Positions 1-9,106 are shown, numbered from the stretch's first letter. The stretch is 32,000 nt of DNA from Chlamydiales bacterium (GCA_041395025.1 JAWLBH010000001.1:750001-782000), one strand, 5' to 3'. A program made the numbers and translations. Notes: generated by a model not told the origin, from the letters alone.

Positions 1-233
1 AGAGGTGAGTAAGCAGATCCTATTCCTATTTCTCCTTCACGAGTCATACGTGCTGAGTGCGTCATGAAATACCCTGTAGATAAGAGATAGTTAAATGTCA
101 TCGGAAAACGCGTTTCAAGTTTACGATCACAATTCGCTACAATCTCAAGAGCTTGTAAAAGTTCATGAAGCGATTGATCAGCGATGAGAATAAAAGAAGA
201 TAAAAGTAAAAAACATAATAGGATCCTTCTCAT
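1..233 (-). CDS. Hypothetical secreted protein, N-terminal fragment (gene continues past the window start)
   Basis: This ORF is absent from the supplied track because it runs off the window edge. The reverse complement from the ATG (complement of 231-233) reads MRRILLCFLLLSSFILIADQSLHELLQALEIVANCDRKLETRFPMTFNYLLSTGYFMTHSARMTREGEIGIGSAYSPL, with no stop down to position 2. The hydrophobic N-terminus looks like a signal peptide. It starts 18 nt downstream of the nqrA stop on the same strand. The GYFMTHSARMTREGE stretch recalls YjbH/DUF940-type outer-membrane proteins, but that is tentative and from memory only. Confidence 0.45.
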   Translation of the reverse strand, partial: MRRILLCFLLLSSFILIADQSLHELLQALEIVANCDRKLETRFPMTFNYLLSTGYFMTHSARMTREGEIGIGSAYSP

Positions 234-251
234 AAGAAGGAAATTAATACC

Positions 252-1610
252 CTAATGTCCCATTTCTTTTGAATATCTGTGTAGACCAGTTTTAACGATT
301 TGCATCATTTCAATTTTTGAAGGACAGATAAATGTAGCAAGAGCAAAATCCTCACTTGTGACTTCTAACAGCCCTAAGCATTCAGCTAGTTCAAAATCCT
401 CCGCAAGAATTGCTTTTATTAAATGCATCGTAGGAATTTGCATCGGCATGACACGTCTATAAATATTGCCATCTATAAAAGCACGCCTTTCTCCATGTTG
501 GTTAGTAGTAAATGGATACCCTTTCCGAGGGGGACGCACATGACCTGTAAAATATGTTTTTGTTGCGGTAAATTTATCAAAACCAAGGCGAAGAAAATGC
601 AAGAGAGGACGCAAATGATTCTCTGGAAGAGCTGTAAAAACGATTTGGTAAAATCCTAAAAAATCCTCCTCTTTTGCCTCAGTCCCAGTAATTGGGTCAC
701 CAGTAATCAAACGTAAGGGTAAATTTTTTAACCGATTGTGCACAAGAGCTTTCACAGGAAAACCAATGCGAGATTTAAAAAATCCTCTCTTTTCTTCCCT
801 GATCCCTCCTCCTCCAATTCCTAAAATACGATCGATAAAATAATGTCCTTCAGTTGCCATTTTCCCAACTGTGATGACATCAAGAGTGGATAAAGTCCAA
901 ACAGAGTCGCTGACACTTCTAATCGGGGCAATTTCATGAATATGGAAGGAAGAAGTTCCTGCTGGATGTGGACCAGAGACTGTGTGTTTTTGTACTCCTT
1001 CTGCTTGAGTCAATGCAGTAGATGTAGAACCTTCTTTATAAACAAGATGTAACTCACCTTTCGTAAGTTTTTTCATAGTATCCAAACCTGCTTGAAAATA
1101 GGCTTCGTATCCTTCCAATTGGATTTCAGCAGAAGGAGTAAAGGGCAGGGTTTCAATCGCTCGCACAAAAATAGCGCGAGGAAGAGAGTGGGGATGAGCA
1201 ATTAAATCAAAAGGACGCATTCGAATGTGGGGAAAAAGGCCGGTTGCCATAAAAAAATTTAGCGTGTCTTCTTGAGAAGCTCTCGAATTTAACGTTTGAT
1301 GGGAGAAATAGGTTTCATTTTCATCTAGATCAATGATGATCTGACTCAATCGTCTTTTAAGACCCCGTCGGATTTCTCTTACCAATCCTCCAGCCGGAGA
1401 AACAAACATTTGCCCTCTTATGGATTTATTCTCAATGATTGGTTGACCAATCTTAACTTTTTCTCCAACTTTTACGTGTAATTTGAAACTGAGCTCTTCA
1501 AAAGCATCAAGATTAAGAGCGATCGTTTTAGGTGGTAGTAAGTCACCTACTTCTCCTTCTGGCTTCCCTTCAATAGGGATATCAAGGCCTTTTTTAACAA
1601 CCATCTTCAT
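252..1610 (-). CDS. nqrA: Na+-translocating NADH:quinone oxidoreductase subunit A
   Basis: The 452-aa ORF has an N-terminus (MKMVVKKGLDIPIEGKPEG...) and a length typical of NqrA. As I recall, a stand-alone nqrA beside a small hypothetical gene and greA is the arrangement in Chlamydia (CT634-CT636). Confidence 0.92.
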   Translation of the reverse strand: MKMVVKKGLDIPIEGKPEGEVGDLLPPKTIALNLDAFEELSFKLHVKVGEKVKIGQPIIENKSIRGQMFVSPAGGLVREIRRGLKRRLSQIIIDLDENETYFSHQTLNSRASQEDTLNFFMATGLFPHIRMRPFDLIAHPHSLPRAIFVRAIETLPFTPSAEIQLEGYEAYFQAGLDTMKKLTKGELHLVYKEGSTSTALTQAEGVQKHTVSGPHPAGTSSFHIHEIAPIRSVSDSVWTLSTLDVITVGKMATEGHYFIDRILGIGGGGIREEKRGFFKSRIGFPVKALVHNRLKNLPLRLITGDPITGTEAKEEDFLGFYQIVFTALPENHLRPLLHFLRLGFDKFTATKTYFTGHVRPPRKGYPFTTNQHGERRAFIDGNIYRRVMPMQIPTMHLIKAILAEDFELAECLGLLEVTSEDFALATFICPSKIEMMQIVKTGLHRYSKEMGH

Positions 1611-1631
1611 AATCAGCGATTATATTCAAAA

Positions 1632-2048
1632 TTAAAGTGGGATCCAGTGTTTTTTCTTCGCAAAACGATTAGGTTGTTTCTTTCTCTTTTTCACAAGATT
1701 TTCTTTGAATTGCTCATCTCCAATAATAGACTGAGCAGCCCTTTTGTATTTCTGACAAGCAGCTTTAACTTTTTGCAGAGCTTGCCACTCTTCTGGAGTA
1801 AAATTATGAGGATTGGCAGCATAACTTTCTAGCTGCTCACGATTCATCCCCGTACGCTTATAAATCTCTTCCGCTTTTTCATTCAAATCATCCAAACGTT
1901 GCTGTGTTTTACTAATGATTTCAGAATAATCTCCTAACCTCTCCTCACGTGCTTCCTCATCAGATGGAGGTTGTATATCGAGATGAATCCCATACATAGC
2001 TAAAACTTCTTCTAATGCTTCGCGTACCTCTTCTTCACTATCAGACAT
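1632..2048 (-). CDS. Conserved hypothetical protein (acidic N-terminus, lysine-rich C-terminus)
   Basis: The 138-aa ORF ends 21 nt upstream of the nqrA start on the same strand, so co-transcription is likely. It occupies the position of the small hypothetical gene between nqrA and greA in Chlamydiaceae. I recognise no domain in it. Confidence 0.6.
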   Translation of the reverse strand: MSDSEEEVREALEEVLAMYGIHLDIQPPSDEEAREERLGDYSEIISKTQQRLDDLNEKAEEIYKRTGMNREQLESYAANPHNFTPEEWQALQKVKAACQKYKRAAQSIIGDEQFKENLVKKRKKQPNRFAKKKHWIPL

Positions 2049-2202
2049 ACCTTACTCCTTAAAAATTTATTATATATTTAATATCCAATAAAAATAAATT
2101 TTTAATCTTTAAAAGACAATTTAGATAAAAAAACATCTATCAATTTTTTATTGATTATTTTTCCTCATGAATGTAAATTTTATGGAAAACTAAATTAGTG
2201 GC

Positions 2203-4371
2203 ATGAAAATGAGTTATTTAGAGGATTTTAATCTTCTGATTGAAAATGATGAACTAGCAAATTTCTTACGTCTCTGGGAAGAGTACTGCATGGCTCATGA
2301 GGTAGATATTGAAGAATTAAATAAAATTCTCAGATTAATTAAACATTCCTCTTTTTCCAAAACCTTTGGTCAATTAGCTGAAACCATTCTGCCTTTATGG
2401 AAAAAGGTGCACTCATCAGATCACGCATATGAGACTCTTCGCTTGATGATTGACCTGCAGACGACTCATTCTCCTCTTCTTGCGGATTTAGCGACTGATT
2501 TTCTAAAGTATCATTATGGAAAAGATAAGGATTTTAACAGTAAGCTCCGTATCGTCGGTTTATTGACTCGAGATGCTTTCCAAGGAGCTATTTCAAATTA
2601 CGAGTTGCTGACTCATATGAAGAAAGGCAATTTTGTCTTCCACACAGGAGGATGGGGTGTGGGAGAGGTGATGGAGATTTCCTTTCTCCGTGAACATGTT
2701 ATTTTAGAGTTTGAGGGAATTAGAGCTTTGAAGGATCTCTCTTTTGAAAATGCTTTTAAACATCTTATCCCTCTAGAGGCTGACCACTTTCTCTGTCGCC
2801 GTTTCAGTAATCCAGATGGCTTGGAAAAAGAAGGAAAAAAAGATCCAATCTCTTTAATTAAGCTGCTTTTAAGAGATTTAGGACCCAAGACAGCTCAAGA
2901 AATAAAAGAAGAGCTATGCGAACTTGTCATCCTAGAAAAAGACTGGCAAAAATGGTGGAATTATGCCAGAGGCAAGGTGAAGAAAGATACAGAAATTGAA
3001 TTTCCCAAATCTACAAAAGCCCCGTTTGTCCTGAGAAGCAAAGCGATGCCGCATGAGGTTCATTTTAAAGAGTCTTTGCAAAAGACATCAGACATCGATC
3101 ATCTTATTCTCATTATTTATAACTTAACTCGTGATTTTTCTGAGATTTTAAAAAACCTGGATCTCAAACAACAAGTGAAAACTATTCTCTTAAAAGCTCT
3201 TGAAGATGATTCGAATTTTCCTGAGCGAACGATGATTAGGAAAATTCAAACCACCTATCTTCTAGAAGATATATTTCCAGATGAATTTTCTGGTCAATCT
3301 GCCAAGTTAATGGAAGAGATGGAGAATATTGTATCTATTTTGCCGCTTATTGAAATTAATGCTTTTAAAAAACGTACTTTGACCATCATCCGTACCCATC
3401 GCCAGGATTGGAATTGCATTTTTTTTGACCTGTTTTTTGTTGCACTTCCAGCCCCTATTCGAGATTATATATTTAAAGAATTGTACGCTTCTCCTGAAAC
3501 AAAAGAGTTATTAAAAGAAAAAATTTATCAGTTACTCCACAAAATGACTCTCTATCCAGAACCATTTTTTTGGTATTTTCAAAAAATTGCTTCTGGAGAT
3601 AATGTACTTGATGATCAACAAGAGAGCCAATTCCAATTTTTGGAAGCTTTCCTCATCCTCCTACATTTCATTGAAGATCAACCAAATTACAAAGATCTTG
3701 CAAAAAAGATGTATCAGACAATAGTGAAAAAACGTTACGCATTGATCCGCAAGATGCTCGTAGGAGCAAGCTTAGAGTATTTGAGAGAATTTCTATTGCT
3801 AGCTAGCAAATGTCATAGTTTTACGAAGCATGATCTTCGAATCTTACAAAATCTGGCAGAAGTCGTCCATCCGGAATTAGCTAAAGAGAAAAAGACTCAA
3901 GAAAAAGATCTAGATGTGATCTGGACAACCCAAGAGGGTTATCAAAAGACTCAGCAAAGAATCCGTGAAATTGGAGTAGAAACGATTGACAATGCTAGAG
4001 AAATTGAAGCTGCTCGTGCATTAGGAGATTTACGTGAAAATTCTGAGTATAAATTTGCTTTAGAAAGACGTTCTCGTTTACAAGCTGAACTAAAAAAGCT
4101 CTCACAACAGGTCAACAAAGCGCGTTTGTTAACGAAAGAAGATATTACTCATGATGTTGTGAATGTCGGAGCTGTGGTGAGTTTAATAGATGCGCAGGGA
4201 AAAAAAATTATCTATACTCTTCTTGGACCCTGGGAAGCAAATGTAGAGGAAAATATTCTCTCTTTTCAATCAAAGTTTGCCCAAACTATGATGGGTCATA
4301 AAAAAGGGGAAGTATTTGCTTTTCAAGGCAAAAAATATACAATCAAAGACATTAAAAGTTATTTGGGATAA
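2203..4371 (+). CDS. greA: Transcription elongation factor GreA, long chlamydial form
   Basis: This is a 722-aa ORF. The C-terminal ~150 aa carry the GreA coiled-coil signature (DNAREIEAARALGDLRENSEYKFALERRSRLQAELKKL) plus a C-terminal globular domain. GreA proteins of about 700 aa are characteristic of Chlamydiae. The start could be the ATG at 2203 or the one at 2209. Confidence 0.9.
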   Translation: MKMSYLEDFNLLIENDELANFLRLWEEYCMAHEVDIEELNKILRLIKHSSFSKTFGQLAETILPLWKKVHSSDHAYETLRLMIDLQTTHSPLLADLATDFLKYHYGKDKDFNSKLRIVGLLTRDAFQGAISNYELLTHMKKGNFVFHTGGWGVGEVMEISFLREHVILEFEGIRALKDLSFENAFKHLIPLEADHFLCRRFSNPDGLEKEGKKDPISLIKLLLRDLGPKTAQEIKEELCELVILEKDWQKWWNYARGKVKKDTEIEFPKSTKAPFVLRSKAMPHEVHFKESLQKTSDIDHLILIIYNLTRDFSEILKNLDLKQQVKTILLKALEDDSNFPERTMIRKIQTTYLLEDIFPDEFSGQSAKLMEEMENIVSILPLIEINAFKKRTLTIIRTHRQDWNCIFFDLFFVALPAPIRDYIFKELYASPETKELLKEKIYQLLHKMTLYPEPFFWYFQKIASGDNVLDDQQESQFQFLEAFLILLHFIEDQPNYKDLAKKMYQTIVKKRYALIRKMLVGASLEYLREFLLLASKCHSFTKHDLRILQNLAEVVHPELAKEKKTQEKDLDVIWTTQEGYQKTQQRIREIGVETIDNAREIEAARALGDLRENSEYKFALERRSRLQAELKKLSQQVNKARLLTKEDITHDVVNVGAVVSLIDAQGKKIIYTLLGPWEANVEENILSFQSKFAQTMMGHKKGEVFAFQGKKYTIKDIKSYLG

Positions 4372-4373
4372 CA

Positions 4374-4994
4374 GTGGATTTAGTTCTAGCGACACGAAAT
4401 GGACATAAGATCCGAGAAATTCGAGCTTTCTTAAAATCTCTGCAAGGATTGGATATCTATTCTGTTTTAGATTTTTCTGATTACCACTCTCCTCCCGAAA
4501 CAGGGAAGACTTTTGAAGAGAATGCCTATTTAAAGGGAGAAGATGTAGCAAAAAAGTTGGGAAAATGGGCACTTGCTGATGATTCAGGACTCATCGTCCC
4601 TACCCTTGGAGGAATGCCAGGGATTTATTCATCTCGCTACTCAAGGGAGGGAGGAAGTGATAAGGAAAATTGCAATAAGCTTTTAAAAGAGATGGAACGA
4701 TTAGATGGAGAAGATCGGTTTGCTTATTTTGAGTGTTGTATCGTTCTAGTCTCTCCGGATAGAGATTTTTGCAAAGTGGAAACGGGATACTGTGAGGGGA
4801 TGATTGCTAAACAAGCAAGAGGAGGGAATGGATTTGGGTATGATCCTGTTTTTATCAAACACGACTATCATCAAACATTTGCTGAGTTGGGAGAAGTGTT
4901 AAAGAATCAAATTTCTCATCGTGCAAAAGCTCTCGAAAAAATCACATTAACGCTGGACAAACTATTACACAATCCAAGAAGTCTAGTCACCTGA
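4374..4994 (+). CDS. rdgB: Non-canonical purine NTP (dITP/XTP) pyrophosphatase, RdgB/HAM1 family
   Basis: Family motifs are present: LATRNGHKIREI, ADDSGLIVPTLGGMPGIYSSRY, GFGYDPVF and SHRAKAL. The GTG start lies 3 nt after the greA stop. Confidence 0.9.
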   Translation: MDLVLATRNGHKIREIRAFLKSLQGLDIYSVLDFSDYHSPPETGKTFEENAYLKGEDVAKKLGKWALADDSGLIVPTLGGMPGIYSSRYSREGGSDKENCNKLLKEMERLDGEDRFAYFECCIVLVSPDRDFCKVETGYCEGMIAKQARGGNGFGYDPVFIKHDYHQTFAELGEVLKNQISHRAKALEKITLTLDKLLHNPRSLVT

Positions 4995-5207
4995 AAGATT
5001 TTTCAGTGCCTTTTCAAGAGATTGACGAATTTCGTTAACTAGAGAAAAGGCATGATCATGTTTTTCTATTTCTAGTTTAAATGCTTCCAATTCTCTTGAA
5101 GCTTGTGAAGCTTCGAGCTCTTCTGCCTTATCGATATTTGTTTTGCCTATCGAAGCGCAAGGTTTAGAAGTTAATCTGCCAGAAAGAGGGGAAATCTCTT
5201 GATTCAT
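4983..5207 (-). CDS. Small hypothetical coiled-coil protein, translationally coupled to ung
   Basis: The track ORF is 4983..5219. An internal ATG (complement of 5205-5207) overlaps the ung stop TGA (complement of 5204-5206) as ATGA, giving a 74-codon frame. The product looks helical and Glu/Lys-rich. Its 3' end overlaps the rdgB 3' end by 12 nt. I recognise no homolog. Confidence 0.45.
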   Translation of the reverse strand: MNQEISPLSGRLTSKPCASIGKTNIDKAEELEASQASRELEAFKLEIEKHDHAFSLVNEIRQSLEKALKNLSGD

Positions 5208-5881
5208 AACAATGACCAATTAATAGGGGGTTTATTTTGTTTTTTAAGCAGTTCGTTAATTTTTGAAAAGTGGCGACATCCAAAAAATCCTCTATCTGCT
5301 GAATAAGGAGAAGGATGAGAGGCTGTTAAAATATAATGATGGGCTGCCAGTTTCTGGCACTTGGTTTGAGCTGATCGTCCCCATAAGACAAAGATCACAG
5401 AATCTGACCGATCACTGAGTTTTTGTATCACAGCATCGGTAAATTTTTCCCAATTTTTTCCATGATGAGAATGGGGCTGGTGGGCACGTACGGTTAGGAT
5501 GGTATTTAACAGTAAAATACCCTGCTTCGCCCATCTAGTCAAATTTCCATGATTGGGAGGCAGGATACCAAGATCTCCTTGCATTTCCTTAAAGATATTT
5601 TTTAAAGAAGGAGGAATAGGAGTTTGATCAGGGACACTAAAACTTAACCCATGGGCTTGACCAGGACCATGATAGGGATCTTGTCCAACAATTACGACCT
5701 GCACCTTTTCAAAAGGAGTGTAGGAAAAAGCTTTAAAAACATTTTTAGGTTCAGGATAGACTGAAACTCCGGAGGCTCTTTCTAGAGCAAGAAAATCTGC
5801 AAGCTCTTTCATATATTCTTTTTTCCATTCCTCTTGTAGAGCTTCTATCCAACTGATTTCCATTTGTGGCGGAGCTTTCAT
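5204..5881 (-). CDS. ung: Uracil-DNA glycosylase (family 1)
   Basis: The canonical motifs GQDPYHGPGQAHGLSFSV, LLLNTILTV and HPSP are present, and the 225-aa length fits. Confidence 0.95.
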   Translation of the reverse strand: MKAPPQMEISWIEALQEEWKKEYMKELADFLALERASGVSVYPEPKNVFKAFSYTPFEKVQVVIVGQDPYHGPGQAHGLSFSVPDQTPIPPSLKNIFKEMQGDLGILPPNHGNLTRWAKQGILLLNTILTVRAHQPHSHHGKNWEKFTDAVIQKLSDRSDSVIFVLWGRSAQTKCQKLAAHHYILTASHPSPYSADRGFFGCRHFSKINELLKKQNKPPINWSLL

Positions 5882-5934
5882 AAAAAATACCCTATCCTAT
5901 TGTCAGCTATAAGTCAAAATGGTAAATTATTCCC

Positions 5935-6189
5935 ATGGAAAATCTAAAAGAGAATAATCTTGTTCGATTTAAAAATATCTCTAAAACAAAAGAGGGGATT
6001 TTTGCCAATTTTAAAGTTAAAGGAGTTCGTAATGGAACGACTTTTACAGCAGTTATTGCTGTCAATTTAGAGGCAGCTGACGTTGATTCTGGAGATCCAT
6101 TAGAAAATATTATTGAAGCCTGTGCCCGTATAGGAGTCAAGGAATTTCAAAACAGTGACTTTAAGTTTGAAGGGCTTACTGCTATATAA
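5935..6189 (+). CDS. Hypothetical protein
   Basis: The 84-aa ORF has a balanced, non-repetitive composition. It is divergent from ung across a 53-nt gap and ends 5 nt before tRNA-Pro. The competing antisense ORF (5907..6140) has a poorer composition. I recognise no homolog. Confidence 0.4.
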   Translation: MENLKENNLVRFKNISKTKEGIFANFKVKGVRNGTTFTAVIAVNLEAADVDSGDPLENIIEACARIGVKEFQNSDFKFEGLTAI

Positions 6190-6194
6190 TCCTC

Positions 6195-6268
6195 CTGGGT
6201 GTAGCGCAGCTTGGTAGCGCACTTGCATGGGGTGCAAGGGGGCAGAGGTTCAAATCCTCTCACCCAGA
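6195..6268 (+). tRNA. tRNA-Pro (anticodon GGG)
   Basis: The cloverleaf was folded by hand. The acceptor stem CTGGGTG (6195-6201) pairs with CACCCAG (6261-6267), with discriminator A at 6268. The D stem is GCGC/GCGC. The anticodon stem CTTGC/GCAAG carries the loop A-T-GGG-G-T, with G37 as expected for tRNA-Pro. The T arm is AGAGG-TTCAAAT-CCTCT. CCA is not encoded. Confidence 0.9.
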
Positions 6269-6347
6269 TTTCTTCTCTTTCCTTAAGAAATATTTTGTTC
6301 ATACATTATCAAATCCTTTGTTAATAGCCTTGTTCATATTCTCTTGA

Positions 6348-6395
6348 TGTCGATAAGTCAGAGGATATATACAAGACATAAACAGCTTATCGACA
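6348..6395. repeat. Perfect 10-bp inverted repeat TGTCGATAAG (6348-6357) / CTTATCGACA (6386-6395) with a 28-nt spacer
   Basis: Read directly from the sequence in the 250-nt non-coding stretch between tRNA-Pro and the LbH gene. No U-tract follows it, so it is not a classical terminator. Its function is unknown. Confidence 0.6.
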
Positions 6396-6518
6396 CAAAA
6401 GATCTCTCTAGCATCCAAGAGCATGAATAAACAATTCCACTATCTTCTAAGAAGAAGAGTAAATTAGATATAGATTCTTCTTTTCTACAATTTGTGAATA
6501 TTTATATAAATTAAGCTC

Positions 6519-7154
6519 ATGTCTTTCTACTCCTCTCCCAGTTTCTTCAATCTTTCTGATTTTGCCCACCCCCTACTATTCCATCATAAAACACCTGTTT
6601 GGATGGCTATCACAAGAATTTCTGATTATCTTCTCTCTTATTGTTTAGGTAAAATCTCAGGAGTGGTAGAACCTGGAGTATTTTTACCTGATCCTGAACA
6701 GATTGTAATCGGCAAGGGCACGATTGTTGAATCTGGCGCCTATATTAAAGGTCCATGTATTATTGGGGAAAATTGTGTGATTCGCCACGGTGCTTATCTC
6801 CGTGGAGGAGTCATTACTGGCAATGATTGTCTCATTGGTCATGGGACTGAAGTAAAACATTCTATTTTTTTGAATGGAGCTAAAGCAGGCCATTTTGCTT
6901 ATGTGGGAGATTCTATCCTAGGTAATAGAGTCAATCTCGGAGCAGGAACTAAATTGGCTAATCTTCGTTTTGATAAAAAAAATATCTTTATTAAAGATGG
7001 AGAGAAAAAAGTGGATAGTGGACTGAGAAAATTAGGTGCTATTTTGGGAGATGGATCTCAAACTGGTTGTAATGCAGTGACAAGACCAGGGGTATTAATA
7101 GAGCCGAAAAGCATTTTCCATCCATCCACATTTTTATCTAGTAGAATTTCCTGA
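6519..7154 (+). CDS. Left-handed beta-helix (hexapeptide-repeat) transferase, GlmU C-terminal-domain-like
   Basis: Tandem hexapeptide periodicity runs through IGKGTIVESGAYIKGPCIIGENCVIRHGAYLRGGVITGNDCLIGHGTEVKHSIFLNGAKAGHFAYVGDSILGNRVNLGAGT. No nucleotidyltransferase domain is present. As I recall, Chlamydia also has a short glmU-like gene adjacent to ispA. Confidence 0.75.
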   Translation: MSFYSSPSFFNLSDFAHPLLFHHKTPVWMAITRISDYLLSYCLGKISGVVEPGVFLPDPEQIVIGKGTIVESGAYIKGPCIIGENCVIRHGAYLRGGVITGNDCLIGHGTEVKHSIFLNGAKAGHFAYVGDSILGNRVNLGAGTKLANLRFDKKNIFIKDGEKKVDSGLRKLGAILGDGSQTGCNAVTRPGVLIEPKSIFHPSTFLSSRIS

Positions 7155-7181
7155 AAATTGTATCGTCAAAACACTCTAAAA

Positions 7182-8096
7182 ATGATAAAATTCATTCTCA
7201 TGAAGAAGAGTATGAATATTCTAGCAGATTATCAAGAGCAGATTGATGGCAATCTCTATAAAAGCATTAATTCTTTTGGTCCTAAAACTATTCTCAGAGA
7301 TGCGATCGAATATGCCTTTAAAAATGGTGGAAAGCGTTTACGTCCAGCCATTGTTCACATGATCTCAGAGATGATTGACTGTAAGATTGATGTCACAGAT
7401 TCTGCTTTAGCTGTAGAATATTTTCATACTGCCTCTTTGATCGCAGACGATCTTCCATGCATGGATAATGATGATCAGCGTCGTGAGTTACCTTCTCTCC
7501 ACAAAGTTTATGGAGAAAGCACAGCTATTCTAGCTACCTATAGTCTCATTTCTGCTGGATATGACCGGATTCGTCTGAATGGGGAGAAACTAAACAATCC
7601 CTCTTTAATTTCTATTGCTATTGAAAACGTCGCTTTTAATACAGGGATTTTAGGGGCAACTGGTGGACAGTATGCTGACTTATTTCCTTCTCAATGGACT
7701 GAAGCAGTTATTTTGGATGTGATTGATAAAAAAACAGGAACTCTTTTCGAAATTGCGTTTGTATTAGGTTGGATTTTTGGAGGAGGTGATCTATCTCTTC
7801 TAAAATGGGTAAAACAAGCTGCGTGTCATTTTGGACGTGCATTTCAAATCAGCGATGATTTTGTCGATCTTTTTGAGGATAAAGAAAATAAAAAAATCCC
7901 CAGCTTGATTGGTTTTGAAAAAGCAGCTTACCTGCTGACTGATGAGCTTTCTCATTTTCAAGAGGTATTGCAGAAGCTCACTTTTAACACATCTAAACTT
8001 TTATCTCTAAGTGCATTAATTGAAAATCAATTAGCTACAACACCCGCTGCTTCTTTTTTTCGATTTAAATCTTCTCCTACTTTTGCTGAATCTTGA
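7182..8096 (+). CDS. ispA: Polyprenyl (geranyl/farnesyl) diphosphate synthase
   Basis: The first Asp-rich motif ([16 protein letters not shown]) and the second (FQISDDFVD) are both present. The ORF envelope opens at TTG 7158. The first ATG is at 7182, and the ATG at 7212 follows a purine-rich GAAGAAGAG, so the start is uncertain. The stop at 8096 lies 70 nt inside the recA 3' end. Confidence 0.88.
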   Translation: MIKFILMKKSMNILADYQEQIDGNLYKSINSFGPKTILRDAIEYAFKNGGKRLRPAIVHMISEMIDCKIDVTDSALAVEYFHTASLIADDLPCMDNDDQRRELPSLHKVYGESTAILATYSLISAGYDRIRLNGEKLNNPSLISIAIENVAFNTGILGATGGQYADLFPSQWTEAVILDVIDKKTGTLFEIAFVLGWIFGGGDLSLLKWVKQAACHFGRAFQISDDFVDLFEDKENKKIPSLIGFEKAAYLLTDELSHFQEVLQKLTFNTSKLLSLSALIENQLATTPAASFFRFKSSPTFAES

Positions 8097-9106
8097 TTGA
8101 AGCTCATGCCATAAGCAAGGAGGACTTTGTCTTCAATTTCTTGACACAGTGCAGGATTTTTCTTGAATTCATCGCGTGCAGCCTCACGTCCTTGGCCAAG
8201 GCGGCGATTTCCATAGCTATACCATGCCCCTTTCTTTTCTACGATGCCTTTTTCCACTCCTAAATCAAGCACACTCCCTTCGGAAGAAATGCCTTCATTA
8301 AAAAGAATATCAAATTCAGCGACGCGGAAAGGAGGAGCTAATTTATTCTTAGCAACTTTGATTCTAGCTCGATTTCCAATATCATTTCCTCCACTAGTTT
8401 CACTTCCTTTGATCCCCCCAATACGACGAATCTCTAGTCGCATAGAGGAGTAAAATTTCAGGGCACGTCCTCCAGTGGTGGTTTCAGGATTCCCAAACAT
8501 CACTCCAATTTTTTCTCGGATTTGATTGATGAATATTGCACATGTATTCGATCTGGAAAGAGTGGCTGTTAATTTTCTTAGGGCTTGAGACATCATACGC
8601 GCTTGTAATCCAATATGAGAATCGCCCATTTCTCCCTCAAGTTCACTTTTGGGTACTAAGGCAGCTACAGAGTCAATCACAATCAAATCGACTGCCCCTG
8701 ATCGAGCTAGCATTTCAGCAATGTTTAAGGCATCTTCTCCACAGTCTGGTTGAGAAATCATCAGTTCATTGACATTGACACCAATTCTTGTAGCATAGGA
8801 AGGGTCAAGAGCATGTTCGGCATCAATATAGGCACACAAACCACCATTTTTTTGTGCATTCGCAACAATATGAGTTGCAAGTGTGGATTTTCCTGAAGAT
8901 TCTGGTCCATAAATTTCAATGATTCTTCCTCGTGGAACCCCCCCAATTCCTAAAGCAATATCGAGAGTTAAAGCCCCTGTGCGGATACAAGAAATGGTTT
9001 TTTTTGTTGAGTGTTTGCCAAGGGTCATAATCGAACCTTCACCAAACTGTTTTTCTATATATGCTACTGCTGATTCGAGTGCCTTTTTACGCTCAGAAGA
9101 ATCCAT
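8027..9106 (-). CDS. recA: Recombinase RecA
   Basis: The Walker A motif (GPESSGKST) is present, along with the RecA signatures [11 protein letters not shown] and [11 protein letters not shown] and L2-region motifs. The 359-aa length fits. Confidence 0.97.
   Translation of the reverse strand: MDSSERKKALESAVAYIEKQFGEGSIMTLGKHSTKKTISCIRTGALTLDIALGIGGVPRGRIIEIYGPESSGKSTLATHIVANAQKNGGLCAYIDAEHALDPSYATRIGVNVNELMISQPDCGEDALNIAEMLARSGAVDLIVIDSVAALVPKSELEGEMGDSHIGLQARMMSQALRKLTATLSRSNTCAIFINQIREKIGVMFGNPETTTGGRALKFYSSMRLEIRRIGGIKGSETSGGNDIGNRARIKVAKNKLAPPFRVAEFDILFNEGISSEGSVLDLGVEKGIVEKKGAWYSYGNRRLGQGREAARDEFKKNPALCQEIEDKVLLAYGMSFNQDSAKVGEDLNRKKEAAGVVAN

Noticed and set aside
2049-2202. I looked for regulatory elements in the AT-rich divergent spacer between the 138-aa gene and greA, including the small palindrome ATCAAT-T6-ATTGAT.
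   Set aside because: The spacer presumably holds two promoters, but the -35/-10-like hexamers in such AT-rich DNA are not discriminating and the 6-bp palindrome is trivial. I could not support a specific call.
5907-6140. A 77-aa minus-strand ORF overlaps the 84-aa plus-strand ORF.
   Set aside because: Only one of the two can reasonably be real. The plus-strand product has a more protein-like composition and a sensible divergent arrangement with ung. Both remain unproven.
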